From Octopus vulgaris (Eukaryota), in assembly GCA_951406725.2 (NCBI GenBank), contig OX597818.1:61504001-61568000 (forward strand): a stretch of 64,000 nucleotides of DNA, written 5' to 3'. How positions within the stretch are numbered: position 1 is the stretch's first letter; each line of letters opens with the position of its first letter. Shown here piece by piece: positions 1 to 11,486 of the stretch. A program made the translations under genes and the position numbers. Below the pieces are notes generated by a model, which saw only the letters and a list, made by a program, of their open reading frames with translations, had not been told where the DNA came from and made no database searches.

Positions 1-445
1 GTGGGGGAGAAAAAATTAAAGATTTACTTATTGATATGGTTCTTAGCACAATAACCATTGACAAAAATTTGGTTGTTTCTGAGATACCAGAGAGGGTACT
101 TAAGTATTCAATGAAGCAACGAATTTTGATAAAAACAGAGTTGCCTAATCTATTGCATTTGTATCAGATGGGAGCTATTTCGGATAGGAAGGATGTTATG
201 GTTGTGATCATTGTCAGAAAACACAAAGAAGAGACTAATTAGTGATCATATGCATCTTCAGATAAAACTATTACAAGATATTTCAGGTTATCAAATCCAC
301 AAAAACTATTAGTCTCTACATGCAACTTAACATAAAGACTGTTATCAAATCTTCAATTGAAAACTGGATATTTTTTTTTTATACTTGAATAATTAAAATT
401 AGATAATTTCAATTTAAAAACACTTTACAGTCAAAGTTTTGTAGT

Positions 446-622
446 TTGCTGGTAGCAGATTGGCAGAATCAATAAGGCAACCAACAAAATTCATCATGAC
501 GTGGTGCCTTTCATTGTTCTGCAGTCGAAAAAGTAAATACTAGTCACAAACTGGTGTTGATTTGATTGGTTCTGCCCTTCTTCAAAATGTGTGTGGCTTT
601 GCACTTATGTTACAAATCAATA
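446..622 (+). mobile_element. Old degenerate SINE related to family B
   Basis: 'tggcagaatc' head, 'tgcctttcattgttctgcagtcgaaaaagtaaatactagt' and 'ctggtgttgat' resemble the family-B head and core (gcctttcatcctttcggggtcgataaataagtaccagt). Confidence 0.55.
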
Positions 623-1952
623 TTGCAGATAAAGTTCCAATAGCTAAAATATAATTGACTTGTTATCTGATAAGAAGTCTGACTGCAGTAAAATAAAATT
701 GAGTATTTATGCAATTGATAATTAATTCTCCAGCTTACAGGGAAAGCATTCGATATTATTGTTTCATATGCATGCATGGAAACTGAAACTTTTTAAGAAT
801 AGGAACTAGGAAATGTTGATGGTTCCTGTTAAAGTATATATGCATTTTATCTGAGACAACAAAAGATTCCTAACAATAACTACAGCATGATGCAGTGAGG
901 AATTATAAAAATAGAAAAAAAATAAATAAATAAAAGACAGTTTTGCTTAACCTTTTTAATATCATTTTAGATTTATACAAAGAATTACAACTAAAATCAT
1001 TGTTGGCTTAAAGTAACACAGCTATTAGTAAATACATATAGAAATCAATAAAAATATTTTACAAAATTAGATGATTTTGTAAAAAATATTATGCATACTT
1101 AAAAAAGAAAGAAGTAATGCTTAAACCAACTTTAAGTTTAAAAAGCGCCATCTTGTGATATATATTCCTTTCTTTTATATCAATAGAAGTAAAGTAACTT
1201 TAGTCGATTTCCAACATTGGGGAAAAACATATTTTCTGGTAAGTTAACCAGAATTTATGAATTTTATTTACTATTAAGTATAGCTGCAGTTACATTAATA
1301 CCTATCTTTCACTTCTCAAGTTTTCAATAAGCATCGTAAAATATAAAAACAAAATCCATGTGCTAGTTCAGCTTAATGTCAAAGTTTAGATACTTATATT
1401 AAAAAAAAACAGAGAAAGATAAGAGGAAATTTTTGTGAAAAGACTGAGAGTGCACACTGACAATATGAAAACTTTTACTTTTATTTACAGCTTATGTGTA
1501 AATAGTATGAAAAAAAAGTAAAATTCTGAATTGTTATGTGATGTCAACATAGCAACGTTTGAAATAAAGTGAAATCATGAAAAAGTGAAGTTGAGAAGGA
1601 GCAGCAAAGACCACACTGCTAGACTAGGATCAATACAACCTCAAGGGTATGGACATAAAAAAAAAAACAGTTATGACAACTGATTTTTCAGCCAGGTACA
1701 GATAACAGATGGCTAATGTCAATTGGGTGATATTTCTAGTATTTCTAGCTGGTTTTCACTTTTGGGAACCTGGAGCAGGATGGTGGTGGTGGTGGTGGGG
1801 GGGGTTATGATTTTGCTTTGTTATTTTATGTTTAATTATGTAATAATTTCTCTGAATTTCTATCTGCACACAGTTAAAAAAAAAAAAAATTAATGCCCTC
1901 TCTATTTGATCCATGGATACACATCAGAAAATAAGAAAATAAAAAACAGAAG

Positions 1953-2139
1953 TATGGAGATATACTTGCATAGCAAGTGACCTGTTCAGAGATTGTGTGT
2001 GGAATGAAAACAATTGCAGTGTGAAAGGTGTTTATAAGCCATTTAAGAAATACACAAAAACCGTTAGATTTACTTCAACATTTAGATGTAAATGTTCAAG
2101 TGAATCTAATGGTTTTTGTGTATTTCTTAAATGGCTTTA
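1953..2139 (-). mobile_element. Asymmetric hairpin insertion, probable Penelope-like pLTR fragment (family P1)
   Basis: Inverted arms 2036-2084/2089-2137 around 'gatg'; unpaired extension 1953-2035; flanking direct repeat aaaaaacagaag at 1941-1952 and 2140-2151. Confidence 0.6.
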
Positions 2140-2332
2140 AAAAAACAGAAGATTGCATTAGCTAACTATTTGAAAAATACAGATATTTATTCCAAAAGAG
2201 GAAGGTATCCTATTGTATTATTTACTTGAAAAAAACTTGAGGTCAGAGGATGAAATACCAAGCAATGCTGAAGGTGTGTAGCTAAGTGAGGTGACAGTGA
2301 GGGAGGTACTGATGATATCTCTCTCTTTTTCT

Positions 2333-2655
2333 CTCTTTTACTTGTTTCAGTCATTCTATCGGTCTCTTTTGCTGAACCGCTAAGTGACGGGGACGTAAAC
2401 ACACCAGCATCGGTTGTCAAGCAATGCTAGGGGGACAAACACAGACACACAAACATATACACACACAGTTATATATATATATACATATATACGACAGGCT
2501 TCTTTCAGATTCCGTCTACCAAATCTACTCACAAGGCATTGTTCGGCCTGGGGCTATAGCAGAAGACACTTGCCCAAGATGCCACACAGTGGGACTGAAC
2601 CCGGAACCATGTGGTTGGTTAGCAAGCTACTTACCACACAGCCACTCCTGCGCCT
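2333..2655 (-). mobile_element. tRNA-derived SINE family A, internally deleted
   Basis: Minus strand starts aggcgcaggagtggctgtgtggt (A box) ... gggttcagtccc (B box); internal CA/TA microsatellite; lacks ~90 bp between 'gtcatt' and 'ctatcgg' relative to the 49416-49824 copy. Confidence 0.92.
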
Positions 2656-3199
2656 ATAATTCAATGATGGATTTAAAACAGGTTGGGCATTACTAAAAGA
2701 AGAGTTTGTCCAGAGCCATTGAGTTAATGGCGTATGTGGATAAAAGCACCATGCTGACACTTAGGAACGATATGCTGGGATGAAGCGGGACAAAGGATCA
2801 ACAACATAAAGAGGTTCGGAGAATGGCAGAGAGCAAGGTGTGTGATAGCAGAAGAAGCGGTGCATGGAAGTTACAATGATTCCAGGAAGGATACAAAGGA
2901 AAAATGCAAGCAACAAAGGCAGACGAAGTGCATGGGTCATAGTGAGAGAGAGGGGGTGCTTAAGGGTGTGAAGCAGGAAGCAAAAGAAAGAAGAATAAAA
3001 AGAATAAAAATGTTGAGTAACAAAAGTGGGCTTCTTGCAGGATGCGGCGACTGGTTTTTGTGAACTGGAAACAGAATGAAGGGAAAGTGGGGAAAATGTA
3101 TGGGGAAGAAATTGAATATAGAGAATGAATGGGGTCGAAATAGAGAAGAATCCAGTTCTAAGAGCAGCAAGGGAGATAACTGAGAAATAAGTTTAAAAA

Positions 3200-3483
3200 T
3201 TAGAAATATTAAATCTCTAAATATCTCATAGAGATATGTACGGTGGTGGGGCGATATAATAGTTGTATACTGTCAATTTAACATAACAGTAAGGGATTAC
3301 ACCACCGCTGTTTAGCCCTAGGAAGCATCGAATGCTTCCTGTCAGCTTCGACACATTTACTGTGTCCTTATATATTTACGAATATATAAGGACACAGTAA
3401 ATATGTCGAAGCCGACAGGAAGCGTTCGATGCTTCCTAGGGCTAAACAGCGGTGGTGTAATCCCCTACTGTCATGTTAAATTG
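3200..3483 (-). mobile_element. Asymmetric hairpin (fold-back) insertion, family P2
   Basis: Near-perfect 104-bp arms 3273-3376/3381-3484 around 'tacg'; extension 3200-3272; direct repeat aagtttaaaaa at 3189-3199 and 3484-3494. Confidence 0.7.
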
Positions 3484-3599
3484 AAGTTTAAAAAGCAATA
3501 AGAGTAATGAAAACTGGAAAATGAGGAAGGCTAAGAGGAGTTGTGGGAGGTATATTAAGAGCAAGAGGGAGGGGGAAAATTAAGAGATGACAGTGATCC

Positions 3600-5180
3600 G
3601 TAGGTTGGTAGTGAAAGAAGACTATATTCCAGTGGATTAGGAGGTGAGTACTCTCAGCTTTCTGTACAAGGAGAAAGACAATCTTCTGGAATGAGGATTA
3701 TAAAAAGCAATTAAATTATTGGAGAATGGAATGAAGGTATTGGAACAAATATAAAAGAAGAGGATTAAGAAGAAAAAAAGAGATTGATGAAATGCAGTTT
3801 AGATTTATGCCAGGAGGTGGAGCAACTGGTGCAGTTATTATTTCAAAGGCAGTTGCAAGACAAGTGAATAGACATTGGAAGAAACGTTGTTTCTTAGGTT
3901 CGTTGAGCTGGAGAAGGCTTTCCGTAAAGTTCTCTCCATGAATGAGATACATGGACATTGAGAATGAGGAATGATAGAATAGTTGGTTATAGTCGTAGTG
4001 TCAGTGTATGAAAGCCTGCAGTCGTTATGAGAACAGGCTGAGGGACAGTGATGAGTGTAAAGAAAAGGTTGGAGCACATCAGGGGTCATTATTAAGACCA
4101 CTACTTTTTGTTGTTGTTGTGAGAGAGGTGGTACACTGGCATGAAAGGTGGTGAGCTGGCAGAATCGTTAGTGCACCAGGTGAAATGCTTAGCGGTATTT
4201 TGTCAGCTGCTACGTTCTGAGTTCAAATATTGCCGAGGTCGACTTTGCCTTTCATCCTTTCAGGGTCGATTAAATAAGTACCAGTTGCGCACTGGGGTTG
4301 ATGTAATCAACTTAATCAATTTGTCTGTCCTTGTTTGTCCCCTCTGTGTTTAGCCCCTTGTGGGTAGTAAAGAAATAGGTATTTCGTCTGCCGCTACATT
4401 CTGAGTTCAAATTCCGCCATGGTCGACTTTGCCTTTCATCGTTTCGGGGTCAATTAAACAAGTACCAGTTATGCACTGGGGTCGATGTAATCGACTTACT
4501 CCGTTTGTCTGTCCTTGTTTGTCCGCTTTGTGTTTAGCCCCTTGTGGGCAGTAAAGAAATAGGTACACTGGCATGATGCATAAAGGAGATTTTATCAATC
4601 AAGTAGCTGTACTTTGGATAATCTGTTATTAATAGCAGAGAACAGGAATGGAAAGAAGATAAATAGATGGAAGACAGGGGTGGAGGCAAAAGGAATGAGG
4701 GTGAATATTAGAAACATGAAGGTGGGCAAATGCTAAAGCATAAGGTAGAAAGAATAGGAAGTAGCCATGTGCAATAAAGGAAGAGTGTTGGAGTAAACCC
4801 TATGAATTGTGCAATATACACTGGGGGGGGGGGGTCATCAAAACTGTAGCAATGTGTGAAAGTTAATGTCGCAACTGCACTGGAATGTAATGATGAGCAG
4901 GATCTTAGAAATAGCATTTAGTTATGAAGACAAAGGATGGGAACACTCTTGAATGGAAAAGGTGGATCAGACAGAGTGACAATGACCAGAGTGGACATAT
5001 GCATAGAGGTTTGGTCAACTGAGTGGTCTGCTAATGAGGAAGATGATGTTGCTGAAACTGAGAAGAACAGTGTGTAACAAATGTTATAACTTATGGCAGT
5101 GAGACACGGTTAATTAAGGTAAAACAGGAGAAAAGAACAAAAAGATTGGCTATGAGAATGGTTCAGTGAATGAACAGAAA
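3600..5180 (+). pseudogene. Decayed RTE-clade LINE reverse transcriptase, interrupted by a SINE-B dimer
   Basis: Manual translation of fragments: LYKEKDNLLE..AIKLLENGMKVLE, EIDEMQFRFMPGGGATGAV, FVELEKAFRKV, KVGAHQGSLLRPLLF, DNLLLIAE, WKTGVEAKGMRVN, YGSET. These match RTE ORF2 motifs (QFGFMPG, FVDLEKAFD, GVHQGS, YADD, YGSETW), with stops and frameshifts. Confidence 0.85.
4145..4561 (+). mobile_element. tRNA-derived SINE family B, one head plus 2 tandem ~184-bp bodies
   Basis: Head ggtgagctggcagaatcgttag, B box gagttcaaat; units start at 4194 and 4378; 15-bp TSD ggtacactggcatga at 4130-4144 and 4562-4576. Confidence 0.92.
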
Positions 5181-6000
5181 TGCAACTCAGCAAATTCAAA
5201 CATATGGTCTTCAGCAACACAAAAGACCTAATAATATTTCTGAACAAGCAATCCATAATAACGTTAAATGTTTATTGTAATATCACTTCTTAAAGGATCA
5301 ATACTTTTAATCATAAATTCCAGTACAAACAAATAAAATCCAAGATAACAAATCCTTAAATTTGAAATAAATAGTTAATAATAAAGATATATATGTTTTT
5401 GAGAAATTTCTCGACTTCTTTACACCAAAATATTATGAAAATATGTGTAGTATTACTTAATGAAATATGGATGATGTGGTTTTTATTTAATTTTCAGTAC
5501 TTCCTTTGATATTAGTCAATATATTGCTCTCGGTTTCAGACAATTTTAAAACAACTGCCAATCAGTTTTAATAAAATGAAAATAATTTTAAAATAATTTT
5601 TTTGATTTTTATACAGTTTATTATAGAGCTTAAACTAAACAAAAATGTTTGAGAATTATTATCTCAGCAATTCAAGGATTTGCTATTATAAATATCAACC
5701 TTGACAGTGATATACCTATCTTTCTGTATCAATACAGATTGGAAATGGAAAACTTAAAAGCAGTATCATATTATTAATCCTTTGACAGTCTAACTTGTTA
5801 AAAACTTCTAAAAAACAACAAAAAAAAACAACTTTCTGAATACAATCTAAAGATGAATTAATGATAACTCACAATCTCATTCATGCACAACATGTTTGAA
5901 TAGGCTTTATTATTCATAAATGTTGCAATAAAGCATTTACCTAAATTTTAAATTGAAAAAAATCCAAGTTTTCTAAACATTGAATGAAATTAATTTTTGA

Positions 6001-6394
6001 AGGCGCAGGAGTGGCTGTGTGGTAAGTAGCTTGCTAACCAACCATATGGTTCCGGGTTCAGTCCCACTGTGTGGCATCTTGGGCAAGTGTCTTCTGCTAT
6101 AGCCCCGGGCCGACCAAAGCCTTGTGAGTGGGTTTGGTAGATGGAAACTGAAAGAAGCCTGTCGTATATATGTATATATATATATATGTGTGTGTTTGTG
6201 TTTGTCCCCCTAGTATTGCTTGACAACCGATGCTGGTGTGTTTACAACCCTGTCACTTAGCGGTTCAGCAAAAGAGACCAATAGAATAAGTACTGGGCTT
6301 ACAAAGAATAAGTCCCGGGGTCGATTTGCTTGACTAAAGGCGGTGCTCCAGCATGGCCACAGTCAAATGACTGAAACAAGTAAAAGAGTAAAGA
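6001..6394 (+). mobile_element. SINE family A, full length
   Basis: aggcgcaggagtggctgtgtggt...gggttcagtccc head, internal TA/TG microsatellite, 3' end gactgaaacaagtaaaagagtaaaga. Confidence 0.93.
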
Positions 6395-7769
6395 ATATAT
6401 ATAGACAGGCAGACTGATAGACAGACCAACAAGAGATAAACAGTAATATTAATTACAGAGAAACGTTACTAATTGATTAGATTCCAGCATAGAATATAGT
6501 GAAAAGACTCACAAACACTAAGGTAGATATAACTGCAGAAATGTATTCAATAAAGAAAATACAACTAATTCCTCACATTCACTTAAAAAATGATTATGAA
6601 TTAAATATAAAAGAATAATGAAAATTCATGGTTCTAAGTAAATACACTGACGATATGTGATGATGGTAACTATTAAAAAAGATCCTTACATAAATGCAAA
6701 CACATTATGCAAAGAAACATATGCACACACATTGACAGCAGGTCACATGAAAAGTGTTATTCGGTACATAGTAGTCTGTTTTGTATTGTATCAGCTATGA
6801 AAATTGATTGTCTTAAATTCCAGTGTCAGCTCATGGGAGAAAAAATGCTGCATTTCAATAAGGAGGGGAGAATATCGCTAGGAAATGACAACGAATGGTT
6901 TTAATATGATATGCTTAAAGTGAAGCATGAAATTGTAAAATGGATTTAATGTAGATGAGTATAAGAATCGGATAACAGAGCGGCAATCGCAATAGTTTTC
7001 AACACATAAATATATGAAATCTGCAGTTGGTAATCAAATTCTTATGAGCTAGTGACTACGTATGGTATTGGTATACCATGACAAATCTCAAATAGAATAT
7101 TGGCATTCACAGTAAAATTGAGAAAAGACTAATACAACAAGGAATATTATCTCTAGTTTGAACATGATACCTTGATTGGTATAAACAAAAATCAGTTGGT
7201 CATTTATTTTACCTAATACACCATAAATCAGAATCCTGAATCCTTAATACCATGGCCATCTCTCTTATATAACATTGTTTGTAATGCACATACAGTTTTT
7301 TTCCCTAATTTACCTTGTTATAAGATTCCTCAATACATCTAAATAATCAAATGCAGTTTTTTTTCTGTTACCTAATGCTTATGCATAACCAACGTGTAAC
7401 TATAAAAACTCAATTTTCATGGAGATCTACAATAAAAGTAACACTTTATAAATGTCTTCTATGAGACAAAAGCTTTCTACCACTGTTAGTAAATTGCCAG
7501 ATGCTACAAAAACGGAAAAAAGAAACCTGCAAGCCACAATCTATACCTTTTCTAATCTATTAACACAGAAGCTTAAGATGTACATATAAGACTCAACCAC
7601 CAAAACCTCAAGCATCACCTTATAACTTTCCAATTTACATCTGTGCATATATTTTTTTTAACACTAAAAAAAAAAAAATAATAATTTTAAAAATTGTGTA
7701 CTACAACAGAATGGAAAATGTATTACATCAATAAAAAGCATTCATGAGATATCAACCTACTTATATATT

Positions 7770-8233
7770 TCTTTACTACCCACAAGGGGCTAAACATAGA
7801 GGGGACAAACAAGGATAGACATACGGATTAACCCTTTCGTTACTGTATTTATTTTGAGATGCTCTGTGTTTCTTTTAATTATTTTAAACATAACAAAGAA
7901 TTTAGTAAAATAACTCAATTATCATTAAGCTAGTATTAGGAACCTAAATTTTGACTAAGGTTGGGTGGAAGATTTTAATTCAAAACTTATGAAAACATGA
8001 CATTTGTACTACAGAGCCAGAGCCAGAGCCAGTTTCAGCCGGGTTGGTAATGAAAGGGTTAAGTTGATTACATCGACCCCAGTGTGTAACTGGTACTTAT
8101 TTAACCGACCCCGAAAGGATGAAAGGCGAAGTTGACCTCGGCAGAATTTTAACTCAGAACGTAACGGCAGACGAAATACTGCTAAGCATTTCGCCTGGCG
8201 CGCTAACGTTTCTGCCAGCTCGCCGCCTATAGA
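7770..8233 (-). mobile_element. SINE family B monomer, interrupted by a TTAA MITE
   Basis: Family-B sequence on both sides of the MITE; 17-bp TSD caacctacttatatatt at 7753-7769 and 8234-8250. Confidence 0.92.
7832..8058. mobile_element. piggyBac-type MITE
   Basis: TTAA duplicated at 7828-7831 and 8059-8062; TIR ccctttcgttac/gtaatgaaaggg; second copy in opposite orientation at 39974-40194. Confidence 0.9.
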
Positions 8234-8889
8234 CAACCTACTTATATATTGTTATAAAGTGTTCATTAGATATCAGCCTATTCAAATAATGGTATACACT
8301 ATGTGAACTGCAAAATACTTGCTAACAAAGAGGTGTGAATGGTACAGACATTAACGTTGCAAGCCGTAGCACAGGTACCTAAATAGGTAACTCTGAATAA
8401 AAGCATCAATAGAGCATATGCCAGATGTCTGCTCCACTTCAGACATCATCTCACCGTACTTTAAAGTGTTTGGTGATATGAGAGGAAACTACTCATAAAA
8501 AAAAAAAAAACCATGCCAAAATCATGACATACACAGCTAGGATGCCTGGTTTTCGTGTCAAATGATAAAAGAGTGTCAAGATGCTAAAACTCATTATAAT
8601 CATACCAGCATGGTAGAAATAACATAAGAAGTTATGTTAATGATTATGATAAGTATTATGTTCAGACATGACCAACTCACATAAAATACTATGCACACCT
8701 GAATGGAATTTATTCCACCACGGGAATCTGAACCATGAAAACAATTCTTACTTTGTTTTTTTGTTAGTAAATTTTTTCTTTTCACTGAGCCTGGAGGAAG
8801 GGCAAGTGGGCATAGCCTTCATAGCCATTCCATCCCACATTGCCATAGAACAGCAATATTGATGCTTTTAAAAGTTCCTTCTAAGCCCT

Positions 8890-10230
8890 AACTCAGCATC
8901 TGCCAGAAAATATGAATAGGGATGAAATTCCAAAGGACTGACATTCTGGAAAGGAAAATTTAGCATTGTGATTAGAGTGGGTCCTGTGGATTTGAAAATA
9001 ACAAGGGTGATGAGAGGAGGAAAGCTTATATAAATTTCTTTGCTTAGTGATAAGGAAAAATAATGATGGAGTTAACAGTAAAAAGCACAACGGTAGTGAA
9101 ATAGATGAATTAAGAAATATCTTTACAAACATCAGTCGAGAGAATTCATGCGTTGAATTCAAAAATCTTTTGTAGAGTGGACAATAAAGTTTTGTGATGA
9201 AATAATTCATTCAGAAAGAGAGCAATACCTGAATATGAGTATTGAGATCCTAACTGACAATAAGGTGCTGTGATCATTATGGTCACAATAGAAAAAAGAG
9301 AAAACACTAAGAACAACTGTTGATGACAGGTTAGAGCATATGTTTTTGTAATTTGACACCAGTCAGATGGGTGGCCCTTCTCAGGTTGAGGGTTTAGGAT
9401 GCCTAATATTGAGCAGTGGCACTATCTTAGATGCAAAAAAAAACAACAAAAAAAAACAATACTTCATTGTGGGTTCCATAATCTTTATAAGGGAATGAAG
9501 TATTTCATGGATCTGAAGAGAATCGCCATTTCTTGGAATGCAGTTCAAACTACATGCTTTTGCTACAAGAGATCCTTGGTGATAGTAAGGTCCATTAACT
9601 AGGGTCAATTTAAAGGCTCTAGTTGAGTGTTCTTAATGAACGAGTAGGTTGTGATGATGTTTTCTAGCTATGAATAATGTTTTTGTTCTTGAAAGAGACA
9701 AAACTGGCACATTGTTATAGGTAGATGCTTTTCGGGGTTCCTCTTCATGGAATCAGTGTGGGTTTGGTAAGTGGCGACTAGGTCGAAGATGCGAAGTTGG
9801 AGAATGTTATTGATGAAAGAAGGGTTGTGTCATTTGTGCAAAAGAAGATGTTACCGGATGTGGTGTATGTAAGCCAATGTATAGAAGCAAGGGAGTAAGA
9901 GAGAAAACTGAAGTCTCAGGGCATAATGGAGTTGATAGAATAAGGGACATAAAAAGCTCTGGCAACATGTGTAGCAATAATGCAATCTGATAGAAAGCTA
10001 CCAACTAATTGAAGCCAAGAGAGGCAGATGGAGGCCATAAGCAAGCAAATTCAAAAGAAAATTCCTATGTCAGTGTAAGAAGTGTTACTGAGGGCAATGA
10101 CGTTGTTTTCACGAAATTTCCCCAACCCAGGAGAGCCCTGGTGGCTGACAGATGAAAGCAGGTCATCAATGGAAATGAAGTGATTGGAAATCCAGGAAAG
10201 AGTGAGATTCAAAATGTTGGATGTTGTTTA
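8890..10230 (-). pseudogene. Decayed CR1/Jockey-group LINE ORF2 (RT and C-terminus)
   Basis: Minus-strand fragments PETSVFSLTPLLLYIG (~PQGSVLSPTLFLLYIND), CTNDTTL (~FADDTTL), ILFRSMKYF..MEPTMKYC (~IRPTMEYC), FSFPE..LWN (~SFFPRT..LWNSL); many frameshifts. Confidence 0.65.
9023..9222 (+). repeat. ~200-bp dispersed duplication, copy 1, inside the LINE remnant
   Basis: agcttatataaat...ggagttaacagtaaaaagcac...gagaattcatgcgtt...cattcagaaagagag aligns with 11277-11486. Confidence 0.9.
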
Positions 10231-10252
10231 GCATAAGAATTAAAATGATGAT

Positions 10253-10855
10253 TCTTTCATTCTTTTCCTTGTTTCAGTCATTTTACTGTGGCCATGTTGG
10301 AGCATCGCCTTTAGTCAAACAAATCAATCCCAGGATTTATTTTTTGTAAGACTAGTACTTATTCTATCGGTCTCTTTTGCCAAACTGCTAAGTTACAGGG
10401 ATGTAAACACACCAGCATCGGTCGTCAGGTGATGGTGGGGGGGATGAACACAGACATAAACACACACGCATACACATATATGTATATATATATGGCGTTA
10501 GGAAGGGCATGGCGTTAGGAAGGGCATCCAGCTGTAGAAACACTGCCAGATCTGACTGGCCTGGTGCAGCCTTCGGGCTCCCCAGACCCCAGTTGAACCG
10601 TCCAACCCATGCTAGCATGGAAAGCGGACGTTAAACGATGATGATGATGATGATGATGATGATATATATACACACACACATACATACACACACAACGAGC
10701 TTCTTTCAATTTCACTCTGCCAAATCCACTCACAAGGCCCGAAGCTATAAGAAGACCGAAGCTAGAAGAAGACACTTGCTTAAGGTGCCCCACAGTGGAA
10801 CTGAACCCAGGACCATGCGGTTGGTAAGCAAGCTACTTACCACACATGCACTCCT
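10253..10855 (-). mobile_element. SINE family A with a family-C insertion in its microsatellite
   Basis: Family-A 3' part at 10253-10492 and 5' part at 10664-10855, separated by a family-C element. Confidence 0.9.
10493..10663 (+). mobile_element. RTE LINE 3' end (family C), short
   Basis: tggcgttaggaagggca duplicated (17 bp), then catccagctgtagaaac...ccatgctagcatggaaagcggacgttaaac and a (GAT)n tail. Confidence 0.9.
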
Positions 10856-11276
10856 AGATCCTTAATACTAGCTGAATGAATACATTAATCTGTAAGATTA
10901 AAGATCTGTAGTAAGATCTGTAAAATCTTACAAAGTAAGGAGATTTAAAAGAAACACAAATACAATTCATTTTGAAGAAATTGCAAAACATATGAAACTT
11001 ACATGTAAAGGCTTTATATATTTGCTGAGTGGTATACCTTAATTTATGATAAAGTATCCACAGCTTAGATTATAGCTCTTTCTGTGCAATATATAGAACA
11101 GATAAATACTTTATATTACAACATTCTCGAGTTTATTTCAGTTTTAAAATTATAACGTGATTAATTAAGAAATATCTTTCTCACTAGATGTGATGCCAAC
11201 CTATTGAAGCTTACCATCAGATAGTTATGGTTTCACTTCAGAATAACTACTCTCCTAAATATGTAGCATTTACCAT

Positions 11277-11486
11277 AGCTTATATAAATTCCTTTGCCTA
11301 GCGATAAGGAAAAATATTGATGGAGTTAACAGTAAAAAGCACAATAGTAATGAAATAGACGAATTAAGAAATATCCTTACAAACATCAACATCAGTCTAG
11401 AGAATTCATGCGTTAAATTCAAAAATCTTTTGTAGAGTGAACAATAAATAGAGTTTTGTTGTGAAATAACTCATTCAAAAAGAGAG
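11277..11486 (+). repeat. ~200-bp dispersed duplication, copy 2
   Basis: Aligns with 9023-9222, with small indels such as aacatc duplicated. Confidence 0.9.

Noticed and set aside
2414-2696. Recurrent 'EDTCPRCHTVGLNPEP' peptide ORFs (also at 5990, 23090, 49586, 52195)
   Set aside because: Antisense translation of the SINE-A head, not a gene family.
3273-3484. Classical TIR MITE or miRNA precursor
   Set aside because: The direct repeat encloses 73 extra bases on one side only, so the element is asymmetric; the stem is too long and perfect for a typical pre-miRNA.
4141-4353. Recurrent 'GGELAE..RSEFK..GRL' ORFs (also at 8009, 54999)
   Set aside because: Translation of SINE-B; frames and stops differ between copies.
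6001-6075. tRNA gene
   Set aside because: A and B boxes are present, but the sequence continues into a SINE body and recurs with it; no complete cloverleaf.
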